The position numbers and the translations under genes are program-made. Below the pieces are notes generated by a model. The model was not told the DNA's origin. It made no database searches and saw nothing but the letters and a program-made list of their open reading frames with translations. Positions 8,319 through 18,202 of a stretch of DNA of 64,000 nt are shown here, piece by piece. Location of the stretch: the NCBI GenBank assembly GCA_963675785.1, contig OY776562.1, positions 1,888,001 through 1,952,000 on the forward strand, read 5' to 3'. This stretch comes from Anaerolineae bacterium (GTDB lineage Bacteria > Chloroflexota > Anaerolineae > UBA1429). Position 1 is the first letter of the stretch. Every line of letters starts with the position of its first letter.

Positions 8319-10043
8319 TCAGCTCAGCACGTAGCGGGCACGCCGCCAGGTTCGCCACCCAAGGTAGCCTGCCAAGGCGAGCACAGCCAGCAAGCCAAGC
8401 GCACGCAGCCAGGGGAAGGTTACATTTTCGGACGTGAGCACTTCCAGCGCGTCCACAGCCACACTCGCACCTTCAGTCGTGCCCTCATCGGCCAGGGTAA
8501 CCGTAATGGTATGCTGCCGCACGTCCACGCCATCGACCAGTGTCAATTGAACACTAGCCCCCAATCCCCCCGCGGGAATGTCGATATAGGTACGTCCCTG
8601 CTCGTCCTTATCCAAGCCACCAGCAGCAGCGCCATCCATAACAACGTATAGGCGCAGTGCGGCAACGGGACGTTGGATGATCATATCCAAGCGAGAACCA
8701 GAGAACGTAAAGGTGATGCTGTCTCCCGGCTCATCAGAGATCATCGCACTGCCGCCATTAGCCTGTTCATCCAGCACGGGCTGCCAGTTGCCGATGAACT
8801 TGACGGCCGGATTCGTCTCCTCATAGTGGCCCAGGGTGGGGATATCCTGCTCGGTAGCAGCCTCTTGGACTGCCAGATAGAGCGGCCGCGGCGTAAAGTC
8901 CGTATCCACCATGCGGAAGTAATACTCGGCAGATGTATCTGGGATCTGGCCTACCTGCCGGAAATACCAGACCATGAACACACCCGCCCAGGGCCATTCT
9001 TCACGAGCCATTTGAATGCCTTGCACCGTATAGGCGGCCTGTTCAGCTTCGCTAACCCGTCCCCAAACAAGCTGGTCTTCCGTAAAGCCTGCAGGAGCCG
9101 CATTCCAGCCGTATTCGTTAAACCATACGGCCTTTTCGGCGTCGCCATAACGCACCATAATCTCACGATGCAACAATACCCGCTGGAAATTCAGTACCCC
9201 GGGATCGGGAGGATCATCTGGAGAGCCGCCCATACCAAAAACGTTGGCAGAGTAGATATCAAAATAGTCGGCGGCGCCAGCCTCATACATTGCTTCCAGA
9301 TAGGTCAAGTCGTTCATCGAGCGCCACTTGCCCTCCTCGGGGTGAGCTTCTCCCAAGGTAAAGGCCAATGGCGCGCAGAGCACCTGAATATTGGGGTCTG
9401 CCTCTTTGGCGCGTGTGTAGGCTATCTGGAGCATCTCTACATACGCTTCAGGATCGACAGGTTGATTGCCCCATTCAGGATAGATGTTGGGCTCGTTCCA
9501 TATCTGGATATAGTGGATGCGCCCTTTGTAGTGAGAGACAAAGGCATACACAAAGTCGCCATAGTCTTCAAGGTTGTCAGGCGGCGCGTTAGAGATAGAG
9601 TTGTCCTCGCGCGTCCAATCAGGTGGGGAATCCAGGCGGGCAACGACTTGCAGCCCTTGGGCCTCACAGGCCGTCACAATAGCGTCATACTTGGCCCAGC
9701 TATCGGTGTTCGTCCCCGGAACCAAGAATTCGCCCTGACGCGTTGGCTCTATCTCTGCCCAAGAGAACTGTTGCTTGACCCAGCCAAGCCCTGCCTCCGA
9801 AGCCATCTCCAGGGTAAGGTCGCGCTTCCAGGTTTCCACCTCGCGTTCGAGGAAAAAGTTGGCCCCATAAGGATTAAGGTCCGTGTTGGCAATAGTTCTT
9901 GCCTGCACGGCAGTTTCATCGTCCGGGGTTTGCCCAAGGTAATCCGCGATCGTCAGACCCAGGAGCGCAATAGCTGCGGCGCCCACAATGATGATAATGG
10001 CCAACCTGATACGCCAAAGTGTCGGCATTGTTCGTTCTGCCAA
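8319..10043 (-). CDS. Membrane-anchored clan GH-A glycoside hydrolase (GH5/GH39-like) with a C-terminal beta-sandwich and TM anchor
   Basis: N-terminal TM; WVKQQFSW, IWNEPN (acid/base), VWFNEYGW (nucleophile); C-terminal TM followed by WRTWRRAR. Confidence 0.8.
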   Translation of the reverse strand: MAERTMPTLWRIRLAIIIIVGAAAIALLGLTIADYLGQTPDDETAVQARTIANTDLNPYGANFFLEREVETWKRDLTLEMASEAGLGWVKQQFSWAEIEPTRQGEFLVPGTNTDSWAKYDAIVTACEAQGLQVVARLDSPPDWTREDNSISNAPPDNLEDYGDFVYAFVSHYKGRIHYIQIWNEPNIYPEWGNQPVDPEAYVEMLQIAYTRAKEADPNIQVLCAPLAFTLGEAHPEEGKWRSMNDLTYLEAMYEAGAADYFDIYSANVFGMGGSPDDPPDPGVLNFQRVLLHREIMVRYGDAEKAVWFNEYGWNAAPAGFTEDQLVWGRVSEAEQAAYTVQGIQMAREEWPWAGVFMVWYFRQVGQIPDTSAEYYFRMVDTDFTPRPLYLAVQEAATEQDIPTLGHYEETNPAVKFIGNWQPVLDEQANGGSAMISDEPGDSITFTFSGSRLDMIIQRPVAALRLYVVMDGAAAGGLDKDEQGRTYIDIPAGGLGASVQLTLVDGVDVRQHTITVTLADEGTTEGASVAVDALEVLTSENVTFPWLRALGLLAVLALAGYLGWRTWRRARYVLS

Positions 10044-10072
10044 TGCAGTCTCCTCTATATAGATACCAAGAG

Positions 10073-10102
10073 ATTATAGGTTTGGCCTATCCTACGTGTC
10101 AA
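10073..10102 (-). promoter_or_regulatory. Consensus sigma70 promoter for the glycoside hydrolase gene
   Basis: TTGACA-18 bp-TATAAT on the minus strand. Confidence 0.7.
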
Positions 10103-10205
10103 CGCTGCACAAAGCAGTTGTTACACCCATTGCGCATGACAAGAGCAAGGCGATATGTTACAATTGCGCAACAGGTGGGGCTTTAACCACATCATGAGGG
10201 AGACC

Positions 10206-13200
10206 ATGCCGCCTGAGCAGCCCGAACGCATCGATATTGATCTTAACGTTCTGCCGCCCGAGTTTCGTCGGCGCCAGATCAGCCCAATCTTTATGCTGCT
10301 CTGGGTTCTATCGGGTATCTTGTTGGTTGCGTCTATAAGCAGCCTCATTATCCGGCAGACGAGCACCTCTTCCGCAGCTGAGCTTCAAACGCAAATAGCT
10401 CAGATACGCATTACCTCCGATTCACTCAATACACCATCGACAGAGCTTGTCGAACTTTCGAATGAATTGGCCCAGGTTGAAACCGATTTGGCAGATCTCG
10501 AGGCACTATCAGCCACAGTGCTTGGCGCTCGTCCAGATTGGGAAGCAATTGGTGCAGCACTTCTCCAATATGATTCGGGCGCTCTGACCATCAGCGAGAT
10601 GGTACAAAATGGCAGCAATCTAAGTGTTAGCGGCAGTGCCGCCTCACGGAATGATGTGCTAACCTATGCGACCTGGCTCGAAGAAAGCAATGTCTTTGAC
10701 AACGTGCTGATCCAATCCATGGTCGACATGGAAGGCCCATTTGTCACGCCAACGCCAGCCGTGCAGACTGGCCAGACGCCGGTTCAAAGCGGAACCTCCG
10801 TCCTTACGACAACCCCTCAGGCCACGTCCAGCCCTTATGATGGATACGAGGCCGACGACTATGACCCGCAGCCCATCTCGATCAACGAAACCCAGTGGCA
10901 CAGCTTTAGTCCAATTTACGATATCGATCAGGTTACCTTTACCGGCAAAGCTGGACGCCGTTATTGCATCTTGGCCCTGCCGCAGAGCTCCGGAGTCGAT
11001 ACAACCCTGCTGGTCACCATAGGCGACTCTTCGTACTATAACGACGATTGTTTTCCTGATACCTCAGAGCCCCTGGCCTGTGATTGCCCTACAGGCACCT
11101 TTACAGCCACAAGAGCATCCATGGTCGAGGTACAAATTGACGATGACGAGGATCAACTCGTCAGTATTCTGGTCAGCAACAACGGTGAGTACGGCGCGGA
11201 CCAGTGGTACACCCTATTTGTCTCTGAATCAACCGGCGACGCCTACGAGGACGACGATATACAGGCCAAAACAATTGCCACCGGGGAAACGCAGCTGCAC
11301 ACTTTTTACCCAGATGGCGACATAGATCGAGTGACATTCTCCATCAAGCAGGGACGAGCATACGAAATTCGCACCACTGATCTTACTCTGGGCTTGGATA
11401 CGGTCATCACAGTCTCTGCCAACGGCACTACGTTCGAGAATGATGATGTTACCCCCGGCGATCGCTCATCCAGCGTCACTTTTACGGCTACAGCCGATGG
11501 GAATGCCCAAGTGCTGGTTATGAACGCCGGGCAATTTGGTTTAAACATGTCCTACAATCTCCAGGTTCTGGAGGTGGGCGGTGATGCTTACGAGATGGAT
11601 GACTATGTACCCGCCTCAATCTCGCCAGGAGAGGAACAAGAACACAGCTTTTATCCTGATAATGATATCGACCGCCTAACTTTTAACGTCAAAGCGGGAA
11701 ACACCTACGCGCTCAGTACCTACAGCCTGACCGTTGGCGTTGATACTGTTGTTTCGGTTCTGTACAACGGACAGGTTTACCAGAACGACGATGCCACCTC
11801 GACCAATCGCAATTCGTCTGTTCAGTTCAGTGCATCTCAGAGCGGCACAGCGCTGGTTACGATTACCAATCTTGATCGCTATGGCTCTGACAAGCTATAT
11901 TGGGTTACACTCACTGAATCTGGCACAGTAGCAACGCCAGGCACATCGCTTTATACTCCAACGCCAACCTGTGCAGATGCCTATGAACCGGATGACATCA
12001 TTCCCTACAGCATCCTCGTTAACCAATCTTACGAACACACCCTGTGCAGCACTGGCGATATCGACCGGGCCGTCTTTACGGCCAAAGCCGGCTATGCCTA
12101 CATCATCGAGACCACGGACCTAGGGGCCAGTGCGGATACAGTGATTACGGCGCTCATTGGCCAGCAACAAAGTAGCAATGATGATCGCAGTCCGCAAGAC
12201 CTGAGCTCTCGCCTAGAAGTACAAAACAACACGACCTCTGACCAGCCAGTTTATATCACTATTACAAACCAGGGCTACTATGACGAGAACAGCAGCTATA
12301 CACTGACTGTGAGCAATGCCGGAGTTGGTGATGATTATGAGCCAGATGATGATTCACCAACTTCTATCACGCCAGGAATTCAGCAAAAACATACCTTTTA
12401 CCCGCCAGGAGATGTAGATTCGGTACAATTCACGGCAAAATCGGGACATCGTTACCGAATCTTTACGTCCAGTGAGTCCAGTTTGGTAGATACTGAAATA
12501 GTTGTCACCATGGGTAGTGTTACCCTGCGGAACGATGATCGTATTCCGGGTGATGTGACATCCTACATCGAGTTGCAGAACGATGAGGCCGCCAATCTAG
12601 TTGTCACGGTGACCATCTTTAACAAGGGGGACGACGATCCTGATGCAACATATACGTTGCAGGTTGATGATATGGGCACAACGGGGTCCGATAGTTACGA
12701 GCCGGATATGACGTCAATCCAATACCTCTCGGTAGGTGAGATTCAATATCACACCTTCTACCCCGATGAGGATGTCGACCGCGTGTTCATGCAAGTCAAA
12801 GCGGGGCGTCGCTATGCGGTGTACACCTGCGGTAACCCTTACCAAAGCGCCAGCACGCCTATACCAACAACGACACCTTACTCATCGACACTAGATTTAT
12901 GTATGCCGTTGGTGCCAGGTGTCGATACAGTAATCCGCGTTCAGGGTGAAGTACAGAGCTGCAGTCCGTCTGGTTGCGTGAGCGACGATATCTATGCTGG
13001 TTCTGGCTATTTGAACTCCCGGGTCGAATTTGAAGCCATTTCTGATGGCTTGGTGGTTATCTATATTGAAAACGAAGGATTATACGGAGAAACGCGAGAA
13101 TACTATTTGCTAGCTGATGAAATCGGGGCCAGTATCACCACACCCGTTCCGACAACTGCGGCTAGTCTGCACAAAACTGACATCAAGTTGTGCTCCAATA

Positions 13201-13313
13201 TCTCGCGACCAGACATCGAACCCATAAGAAAATCGCAAGACACGCAAACGTCGAGTCAAGGGGTAGGCGTCAGTTTCACACTTTTGCTGGAATTGCGGGA
13301 GGTTGAGCCATGA
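10206..13313 (+). CDS. pilN: PilN-like type IV pilus alignment protein carrying six PPC-like repeats
   Basis: IDLNVLP (PilM-binding INLLP-like motif), TM, coiled coil, LSVSGSA...YATWLEESNVFDNV; six DxYExDD...HxFxP..DxD...DT...NDD repeats; C-terminal VSFTLLLEL strand. Likely start MPPEQ after GAGGGAG. Confidence 0.75.
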   Translation: MPPEQPERIDIDLNVLPPEFRRRQISPIFMLLWVLSGILLVASISSLIIRQTSTSSAAELQTQIAQIRITSDSLNTPSTELVELSNELAQVETDLADLEALSATVLGARPDWEAIGAALLQYDSGALTISEMVQNGSNLSVSGSAASRNDVLTYATWLEESNVFDNVLIQSMVDMEGPFVTPTPAVQTGQTPVQSGTSVLTTTPQATSSPYDGYEADDYDPQPISINETQWHSFSPIYDIDQVTFTGKAGRRYCILALPQSSGVDTTLLVTIGDSSYYNDDCFPDTSEPLACDCPTGTFTATRASMVEVQIDDDEDQLVSILVSNNGEYGADQWYTLFVSESTGDAYEDDDIQAKTIATGETQLHTFYPDGDIDRVTFSIKQGRAYEIRTTDLTLGLDTVITVSANGTTFENDDVTPGDRSSSVTFTATADGNAQVLVMNAGQFGLNMSYNLQVLEVGGDAYEMDDYVPASISPGEEQEHSFYPDNDIDRLTFNVKAGNTYALSTYSLTVGVDTVVSVLYNGQVYQNDDATSTNRNSSVQFSASQSGTALVTITNLDRYGSDKLYWVTLTESGTVATPGTSLYTPTPTCADAYEPDDIIPYSILVNQSYEHTLCSTGDIDRAVFTAKAGYAYIIETTDLGASADTVITALIGQQQSSNDDRSPQDLSSRLEVQNNTTSDQPVYITITNQGYYDENSSYTLTVSNAGVGDDYEPDDDSPTSITPGIQQKHTFYPPGDVDSVQFTAKSGHRYRIFTSSESSLVDTEIVVTMGSVTLRNDDRIPGDVTSYIELQNDEAANLVVTVTIFNKGDDDPDATYTLQVDDMGTTGSDSYEPDMTSIQYLSVGEIQYHTFYPDEDVDRVFMQVKAGRRYAVYTCGNPYQSASTPIPTTTPYSSTLDLCMPLVPGVDTVIRVQGEVQSCSPSGCVSDDIYAGSGYLNSRVEFEAISDGLVVIYIENEGLYGETREYYLLADEIGASITTPVPTTAASLHKTDIKLCSNISRPDIEPIRKSQDTQTSSQGVGVSFTLLLELREVEP
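10839..13125 (+). repeat. Six diverged ~110-130-aa PPC-like protein repeats
   Basis: Units begin DGYEADD, DAYEDDD, DAYEMDD, DAYEPDD, DDYEPDD, DSYEPDM. Confidence 0.8.
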
Positions 13314-13957
13314 ACATGGATATCAAGGACCTCCCTCGAATTTGGCAAGAACTGAACAAGACATTGGTCTATACTATTGTGGCAGCAGTCGTTGCGCTAA
13401 CAATGACCGCACTGACGCTCCCGAGAGCCATTACAGCTATCTCGGAAAAAAGTGCTGTACAGGCCGAGTATGACCAGTTGTACAGCAGCGTTCAGCAGCG
13501 GATTACTCTACTCAATAGCCAACCCCAAGTATTACAGCAGAATATTGAAGAAACCATTGTAGAAGCCCAGGCCCTTGCAATAGAACTGGCCACGGCTGAA
13601 CAGGCCAACGCCGTAATGGCTGGTCTTTATAACAAAGCCACGCAGGCCGGCGTCTCTGTGACGCGAATTGACCCCATCACCGAGCTACAGGGTGATGATG
13701 CTGTCGAGATTTTTGCTTATGACAAGCAACAAGTGGTTGTTGAAGCTGTTGGTACAGCACAGAATTTGATTCTCTTTCTTGAGCTTGTATCTGACTTTGG
13801 TGTTCCAAGCTATCATGTCGAGGATGTTGCCATGTCATCTGATACAAGCTTGGTACTTTCGTTTGATGTTATTGGCTATTCATCAGACTATGCAGGTGCC
13901 ACGGCAATCGCTTTGGCCCAAACGGGCGATTTGATTGTCGCAAAAGTATGGAGGTAA
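13310..13957 (+). CDS. pilO: PilO-like protein
   Basis: ATGA overlap with pilN; TM plus coiled coil, LYNKATQAGVSVTRIDP, VEAVGTAQNLILFLELV. Confidence 0.65.
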   Translation: MNMDIKDLPRIWQELNKTLVYTIVAAVVALTMTALTLPRAITAISEKSAVQAEYDQLYSSVQQRITLLNSQPQVLQQNIEETIVEAQALAIELATAEQANAVMAGLYNKATQAGVSVTRIDPITELQGDDAVEIFAYDKQQVVVEAVGTAQNLILFLELVSDFGVPSYHVEDVAMSSDTSLVLSFDVIGYSSDYAGATAIALAQTGDLIVAKVWR

Positions 13958-13961
13958 TGCC

Positions 13962-15077
13962 ATGAAACAGCGGCGCCATATAACTCTGAATGCGCTGGCC
14001 ATCGGCCTGGCGTTAATCATAATGACCCTGGCACCCTCAGCGACAGCCCCTCGCGTTTTGGCCCAGGACACTGCTACAGCTACTGCTACATCGAGCAGCC
14101 TGACCGAACAATTGGATGCCGCCTGGAGTCTTCAGGATTGGGTGGAGGTTTTACGCCTGCTGGATCTCATTGAAGTACAAGACCCTAGCTACTCAGAGTT
14201 AGAAGACAAACGGTATTTCGCTTATGTCAACTATGGCTATGAGCTGATGACGCAGAATAAATGCACCGAGTCACTTTCTGCGTTTCGTAACGCTTTACTG
14301 GTTCGTTCTGATGGGGATGAAGCCGAAGCAGGCCTTGAGCTGTTGGAACGCTATTGCACAACACCCATTCCCGGAACTGCGACACCTACAACACCGGCCT
14401 CATCTGCCACAAGCACGCCCGTACCCAGCAACGGCACAACGACATCATACACTGTCCAATCGGGCGATACGCTCTACAGTTTGGCCAAGACCTACGGCGT
14501 AACCGTCCAAGAGATTATGCAGGCCAACGGATTGAACTCGTACTTTATTCGTACAGGGCAGACACTGATTATTCCTGCAGAGGAGAGCGATCCTACTGAA
14601 GTCCGGGTGCACATAGTTCAGCCCGGCGAAACACTGTTCCATGTGGCCAACCAGTATGACACGACCGTCTCGGCGATCATGTCATTGAACGGACTTACCA
14701 GCTATAGTATTTGGGCCTACCAAGCGCTTTACATACCTGCTGCCGAACAACCGGACATGATTTTGCATACGGTAGCCGCAGGGGAAACCCTCTACAGCAT
14801 CGCCAAGGAATATGGCGTTTCTCTGGCTATGTTGATGAAGGCCAACGGTTTGGAAAACTATACCATTTATATTTATCAGCAAATCGCCATACCACCCGAA
14901 GACTGGTCTGGCGATCTGGTAACCACCCCAACCACAGCAACGACCCATCTGGTGGTTGCAGGGGATACTCTGTTTAGCATTGCCCGCACCTATGGCACGA
15001 CAGTCACAGCTCTCAAGAGCGCGAATGGGCTCGGGTCATCGACGATTTATGCGGGCGACACTCTGCGCATACCCTAG
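13962..15077 (+). CDS. Secreted protein with a TPR-like helical domain and four LysM domains
   Basis: Signal peptide ending VLA-QD; SD GGAGG; four LysM units (YTVQSGDTL, HIVQPGETL, HTVAAGETL, HLVVAGDTL). Confidence 0.88.
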   Translation: MKQRRHITLNALAIGLALIIMTLAPSATAPRVLAQDTATATATSSSLTEQLDAAWSLQDWVEVLRLLDLIEVQDPSYSELEDKRYFAYVNYGYELMTQNKCTESLSAFRNALLVRSDGDEAEAGLELLERYCTTPIPGTATPTTPASSATSTPVPSNGTTTSYTVQSGDTLYSLAKTYGVTVQEIMQANGLNSYFIRTGQTLIIPAEESDPTEVRVHIVQPGETLFHVANQYDTTVSAIMSLNGLTSYSIWAYQALYIPAAEQPDMILHTVAAGETLYSIAKEYGVSLAMLMKANGLENYTIYIYQQIAIPPEDWSGDLVTTPTTATTHLVVAGDTLFSIARTYGTTVTALKSANGLGSSTIYAGDTLRIP

Positions 15078-15085
15078 AAAGCGAT

Positions 15086-15967
15086 ATGGCCAAAAATCGC
15101 GCCATTACGACAATCAGTATAGATGCTACAAGCATCAAGTTCTTGACCGCACTGCAAGGGCACGTGGAGCAGTTTGGTAGCGTACAATTGCCTTTGGGTC
15201 TCATTATAGAAGGTTTGGTTACGGATACCGCCGAGTTGGGGCGTATTCTTGATCTTTTAATTCGCGAGCATGATCTCGGGCGTGAGGAGATCATTGTGGG
15301 AATTGATGCAATCCGCTCAATTCCGCGCATTTTGACGTTGCCCAACGTACAGAGCAATCTGCTGGAGCAAACCATCCAGCGAACAGCACGCAAAGAGATG
15401 CCCGTTTCGGTCGATACACTTTATCTTTCCTGGCAAGAACTGCCGGCCGGTGCGGATGAAAAACGTATCTATGTCGTGGGTGTACCACGCGACAGTGTGG
15501 ATTCGCACGTGGCCGCCCTTCAGAACGCCTCCATCAAGCCCTATTTGATGGATTTGCGGCCGCTGGCCCTCGTGAGAGCCATTGGACAAAAAGATGCTGT
15601 CATTCTCTCGCTGGAGCCGCGTGTACTCGATATCATACTGGTAGCGAACTGGATACCCATCATCGTGCGTACCTTTGACGTCGATGCATCAGTACGTTCA
15701 ATCGAAGATCGTGTTCAATTGCTTTCGAGTGAAACCGGTCAGACAATCCGATACTATAACGACAGCCACCGAGAACATGTGCTTGGCGTGGAAACACCGC
15801 TTTATTTTACCGGCAATCTCGCTCAATCGCCCGGCTTGGTGGATGCGTTGGTTAACGAGATGAATCGGCCCGTATCGCTTCCAGAATCACCGATGCCCTG
15901 TCCGGCCGAGATGCCCGTTCCTGTTTACATGACGAATATTGGCCTTGCACTCAAGAAAAGAGTTTGA
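15086..15967 (+). CDS. pilM: Type IV pilus assembly protein PilM (actin-like)
   Basis: ISIDATSIK, GLIIEGLVTD, MDLRPLALVRA, LYFTG, IGLALK. Confidence 0.8.
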   Translation: MAKNRAITTISIDATSIKFLTALQGHVEQFGSVQLPLGLIIEGLVTDTAELGRILDLLIREHDLGREEIIVGIDAIRSIPRILTLPNVQSNLLEQTIQRTARKEMPVSVDTLYLSWQELPAGADEKRIYVVGVPRDSVDSHVAALQNASIKPYLMDLRPLALVRAIGQKDAVILSLEPRVLDIILVANWIPIIVRTFDVDASVRSIEDRVQLLSSETGQTIRYYNDSHREHVLGVETPLYFTGNLAQSPGLVDALVNEMNRPVSLPESPMPCPAEMPVPVYMTNIGLALKKRV

Positions 15968-16005
15968 GCCGTGGACTTGATTGTTTGCAATTTGAGCAAA
16001 ATCTG

Positions 16006-16896
16006 ATGAGCATCTCGCCGGAAACGGGGAATATTATCATCGGAATCATGTTCGCAATGATCGGTGGCGTCATCGGTAGCTTTTGCAACGTTCTGGCAGA
16101 TCGAATTCCTGCCGGCAAGAGCATCTGGCAACCACCTTCCCATTGCGATGGCTGTGGTCGCCGACTCACGCCAATGGAGATGGTGCCCGTATTCAGCTAT
16201 TTGGTGTTGCGAGGTCGCTGTCGAACTTGCGGGCAGCGCGTACCAAAAAGGGTACTTTGGGTTGAACTCATCACTGCAGGTTTGTTCGCTTTGATATGGT
16301 TCCAAGTAGGGCCGCAAACATGGCTCGAACTGGGTCCGCTCATGATACCCGTTGAGCCATTGGCAACCATGGCGATAACAACCGTGCTAGTGGCACTCTT
16401 TATAACCGATATGGAACAACAGCTACTGCCCTCCAGCATTATCTATACGGGATTGGGGCTTGCTGTAATCTTGGCATTGTTGAGATATGCTGCTGGGGGC
16501 TTTCGTATTAGTCATTATGGCCTCATTGCAGTGCTATGGCCGCAGTTAGTAGTCGAACACGGTTGGAGTTTTTTGACACTTGATTTAATAAGCCAACCTG
16601 CCGGAATGATCATCGGTTTTGCACTGTTCTGGTTGATTTGGCGCATATCTCGCGGTGGCATGGGATATGGCGACGTACGCCTGGCGGCGCTGTGTGGTCT
16701 TGTTCTCGGCGCGCCTGGTATTATTGCTGCTTCCATGGCCTCCTTTGTGTTAGGAGGGCTAGCCGCCGTTGTCGTACTCGTAAGCCGACGAGGGAACATG
16801 AAAACTGCCATTCCCTTTGGCCCATTCCTGATCCTCACAAGCTTTGTCTGGATGGTGTGGGGAAATGAATTGATGAAAAGCTATCTCGGCATTTAG
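16006..16896 (+). CDS. pilD: Prepilin peptidase (A24)
   Basis: GSFCNVLADRIP, SHCDGC...GRCRTC zinc site, ITDME, GMGYGD, IPFGPFL. Start uncertain (15964 or 16006). Confidence 0.93.
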   Translation: MSISPETGNIIIGIMFAMIGGVIGSFCNVLADRIPAGKSIWQPPSHCDGCGRRLTPMEMVPVFSYLVLRGRCRTCGQRVPKRVLWVELITAGLFALIWFQVGPQTWLELGPLMIPVEPLATMAITTVLVALFITDMEQQLLPSSIIYTGLGLAVILALLRYAAGGFRISHYGLIAVLWPQLVVEHGWSFLTLDLISQPAGMIIGFALFWLIWRISRGGMGYGDVRLAALCGLVLGAPGIIAASMASFVLGGLAAVVVLVSRRGNMKTAIPFGPFLILTSFVWMVWGNELMKSYLGI

Positions 16897-16924
16897 CAGC
16901 TTGTCATAGAGAGGAAACAATCCA

Positions 16925-18016
16925 ATGTCAAGCACCGGTGCAGGAGAACCCGTCAGCGATATCAACGAACTGTTGACGCTGGCCCAGCGCATCGAAGCAT
17001 CAGATATCCATCTCAAGGTGGGGCGCCCCCCCATCATGCGTGTATTTGGCGAATTGCACGTGCAATCTCTGTACAAGCCGCTAACGGATGATGATCTCGA
17101 TCGCATTGTCAACTCAATCACCAACCAAGCTCAAAGGCAGCGTTTTGAGGAGCAGCTCGAACTTGACCTCTCTTACGACCTGCCGGGAGTGGCCCGTTTT
17201 CGTGTCAATATTGGCCGAGAAAGGGCGCATACAACCATTGTCATGCGCTTGCTTTCCAATGCAATTCCATCACTTGATTCGTTGCGTCTACCCTCGGTTT
17301 GTAAAGAACTCATCATGAAGCCGCGCGGCTTGATTCTGGTGACGGGGCCAACGGGGAGCGGCAAGTCAACGACATTGGCTTCGCTCATTGACTATCGCAA
17401 TGCCCGACGGGCAGATCGGATCATCACCTGCGAAGACCCGATCGAGTACGTTTTTGAAGACAAGCATTGCCTGATCACCCAACGCGAGCTCGGCGAGGAT
17501 ACGCCCTCGTTCGCTTCTGCGCTCAAGCATGCCCTCCGCCAAGACCCTGATGTAATTCTGGTGGGAGAAATGCGCGACCCGGAGACCATTCAGGCCGCCC
17601 TAACTGCCGCAGAAACCGGACACCTGGTGCTTTCTACGCTGCACACCAATGGCGCAGCTCTTACCGTAGACCGCATCATTGACGTATTCCCCGCTCATCA
17701 GCAGGCACAGATCCGCACGGTGCTTTCCAACATCCTGGTGGCCGTTCTTTCGCAAACACTGGTGCCTTCTGCCGGCGGGCACGGACGAGTGGCCGCAGTA
17801 GAGGTGATGATAGCAAACAGCGCCATAAGCAACCTGATTCGCGAATCGAAAACGCATCAGCTCAACGGCGTCATCGAGACCGGTGCGCGAAATGGCATGA
17901 AAACACTGGATCAGGCTCTGATTGAACTTTATCGGCGTGGTGCCGCCACACTGGAAGATATCTTGGAAAAAGCCAATGATCCCGAACGCGTCCGCGGTCT
18001 AGCCCAACCTCGTTAA
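16925..18016 (+). CDS. pilT: Type IV pilus retraction ATPase PilT
   Basis: SDIHL, GPTGSGKST, EDPIE, LRQDPDVILVGEMRD, AAETGHLVLSTLHTN, AISNLIRE. Confidence 0.95.
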   Translation: MSSTGAGEPVSDINELLTLAQRIEASDIHLKVGRPPIMRVFGELHVQSLYKPLTDDDLDRIVNSITNQAQRQRFEEQLELDLSYDLPGVARFRVNIGRERAHTTIVMRLLSNAIPSLDSLRLPSVCKELIMKPRGLILVTGPTGSGKSTTLASLIDYRNARRADRIITCEDPIEYVFEDKHCLITQRELGEDTPSFASALKHALRQDPDVILVGEMRDPETIQAALTAAETGHLVLSTLHTNGAALTVDRIIDVFPAHQQAQIRTVLSNILVAVLSQTLVPSAGGHGRVAAVEVMIANSAISNLIRESKTHQLNGVIETGARNGMKTLDQALIELYRRGAATLEDILEKANDPERVRGLAQPR

Positions 18017-18027
18017 TATTTGCCCTC

Positions 18028-18055
18028 AAAGAGAGGTCTGCGGACCTCTCTTTTT
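18028..18055 (+). terminator. Intrinsic terminator after pilT
   Basis: GAGAGGTC-tgcg-GACCTCTC followed by TTTTT. Confidence 0.8.
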
Positions 18056-18202
18056 CTTTGTCCGCATTTCGTTAGTTTCCTTACACAGCTCTTATGTCCC
18101 ATTAATGCAGAGTTTATGAAACAGTTGCATAATTTCCGTTACTATATAGGCATGGTGACAGTAGAGAGCGCCCCCGCTAAAAGATGCATCAAGGAGTGAG
18201 AA

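Noticed and set aside
8673-10079. 468-aa plus-strand ORF
   Set aside because: Antisense shadow of the glycoside hydrolase; no recognisable domain
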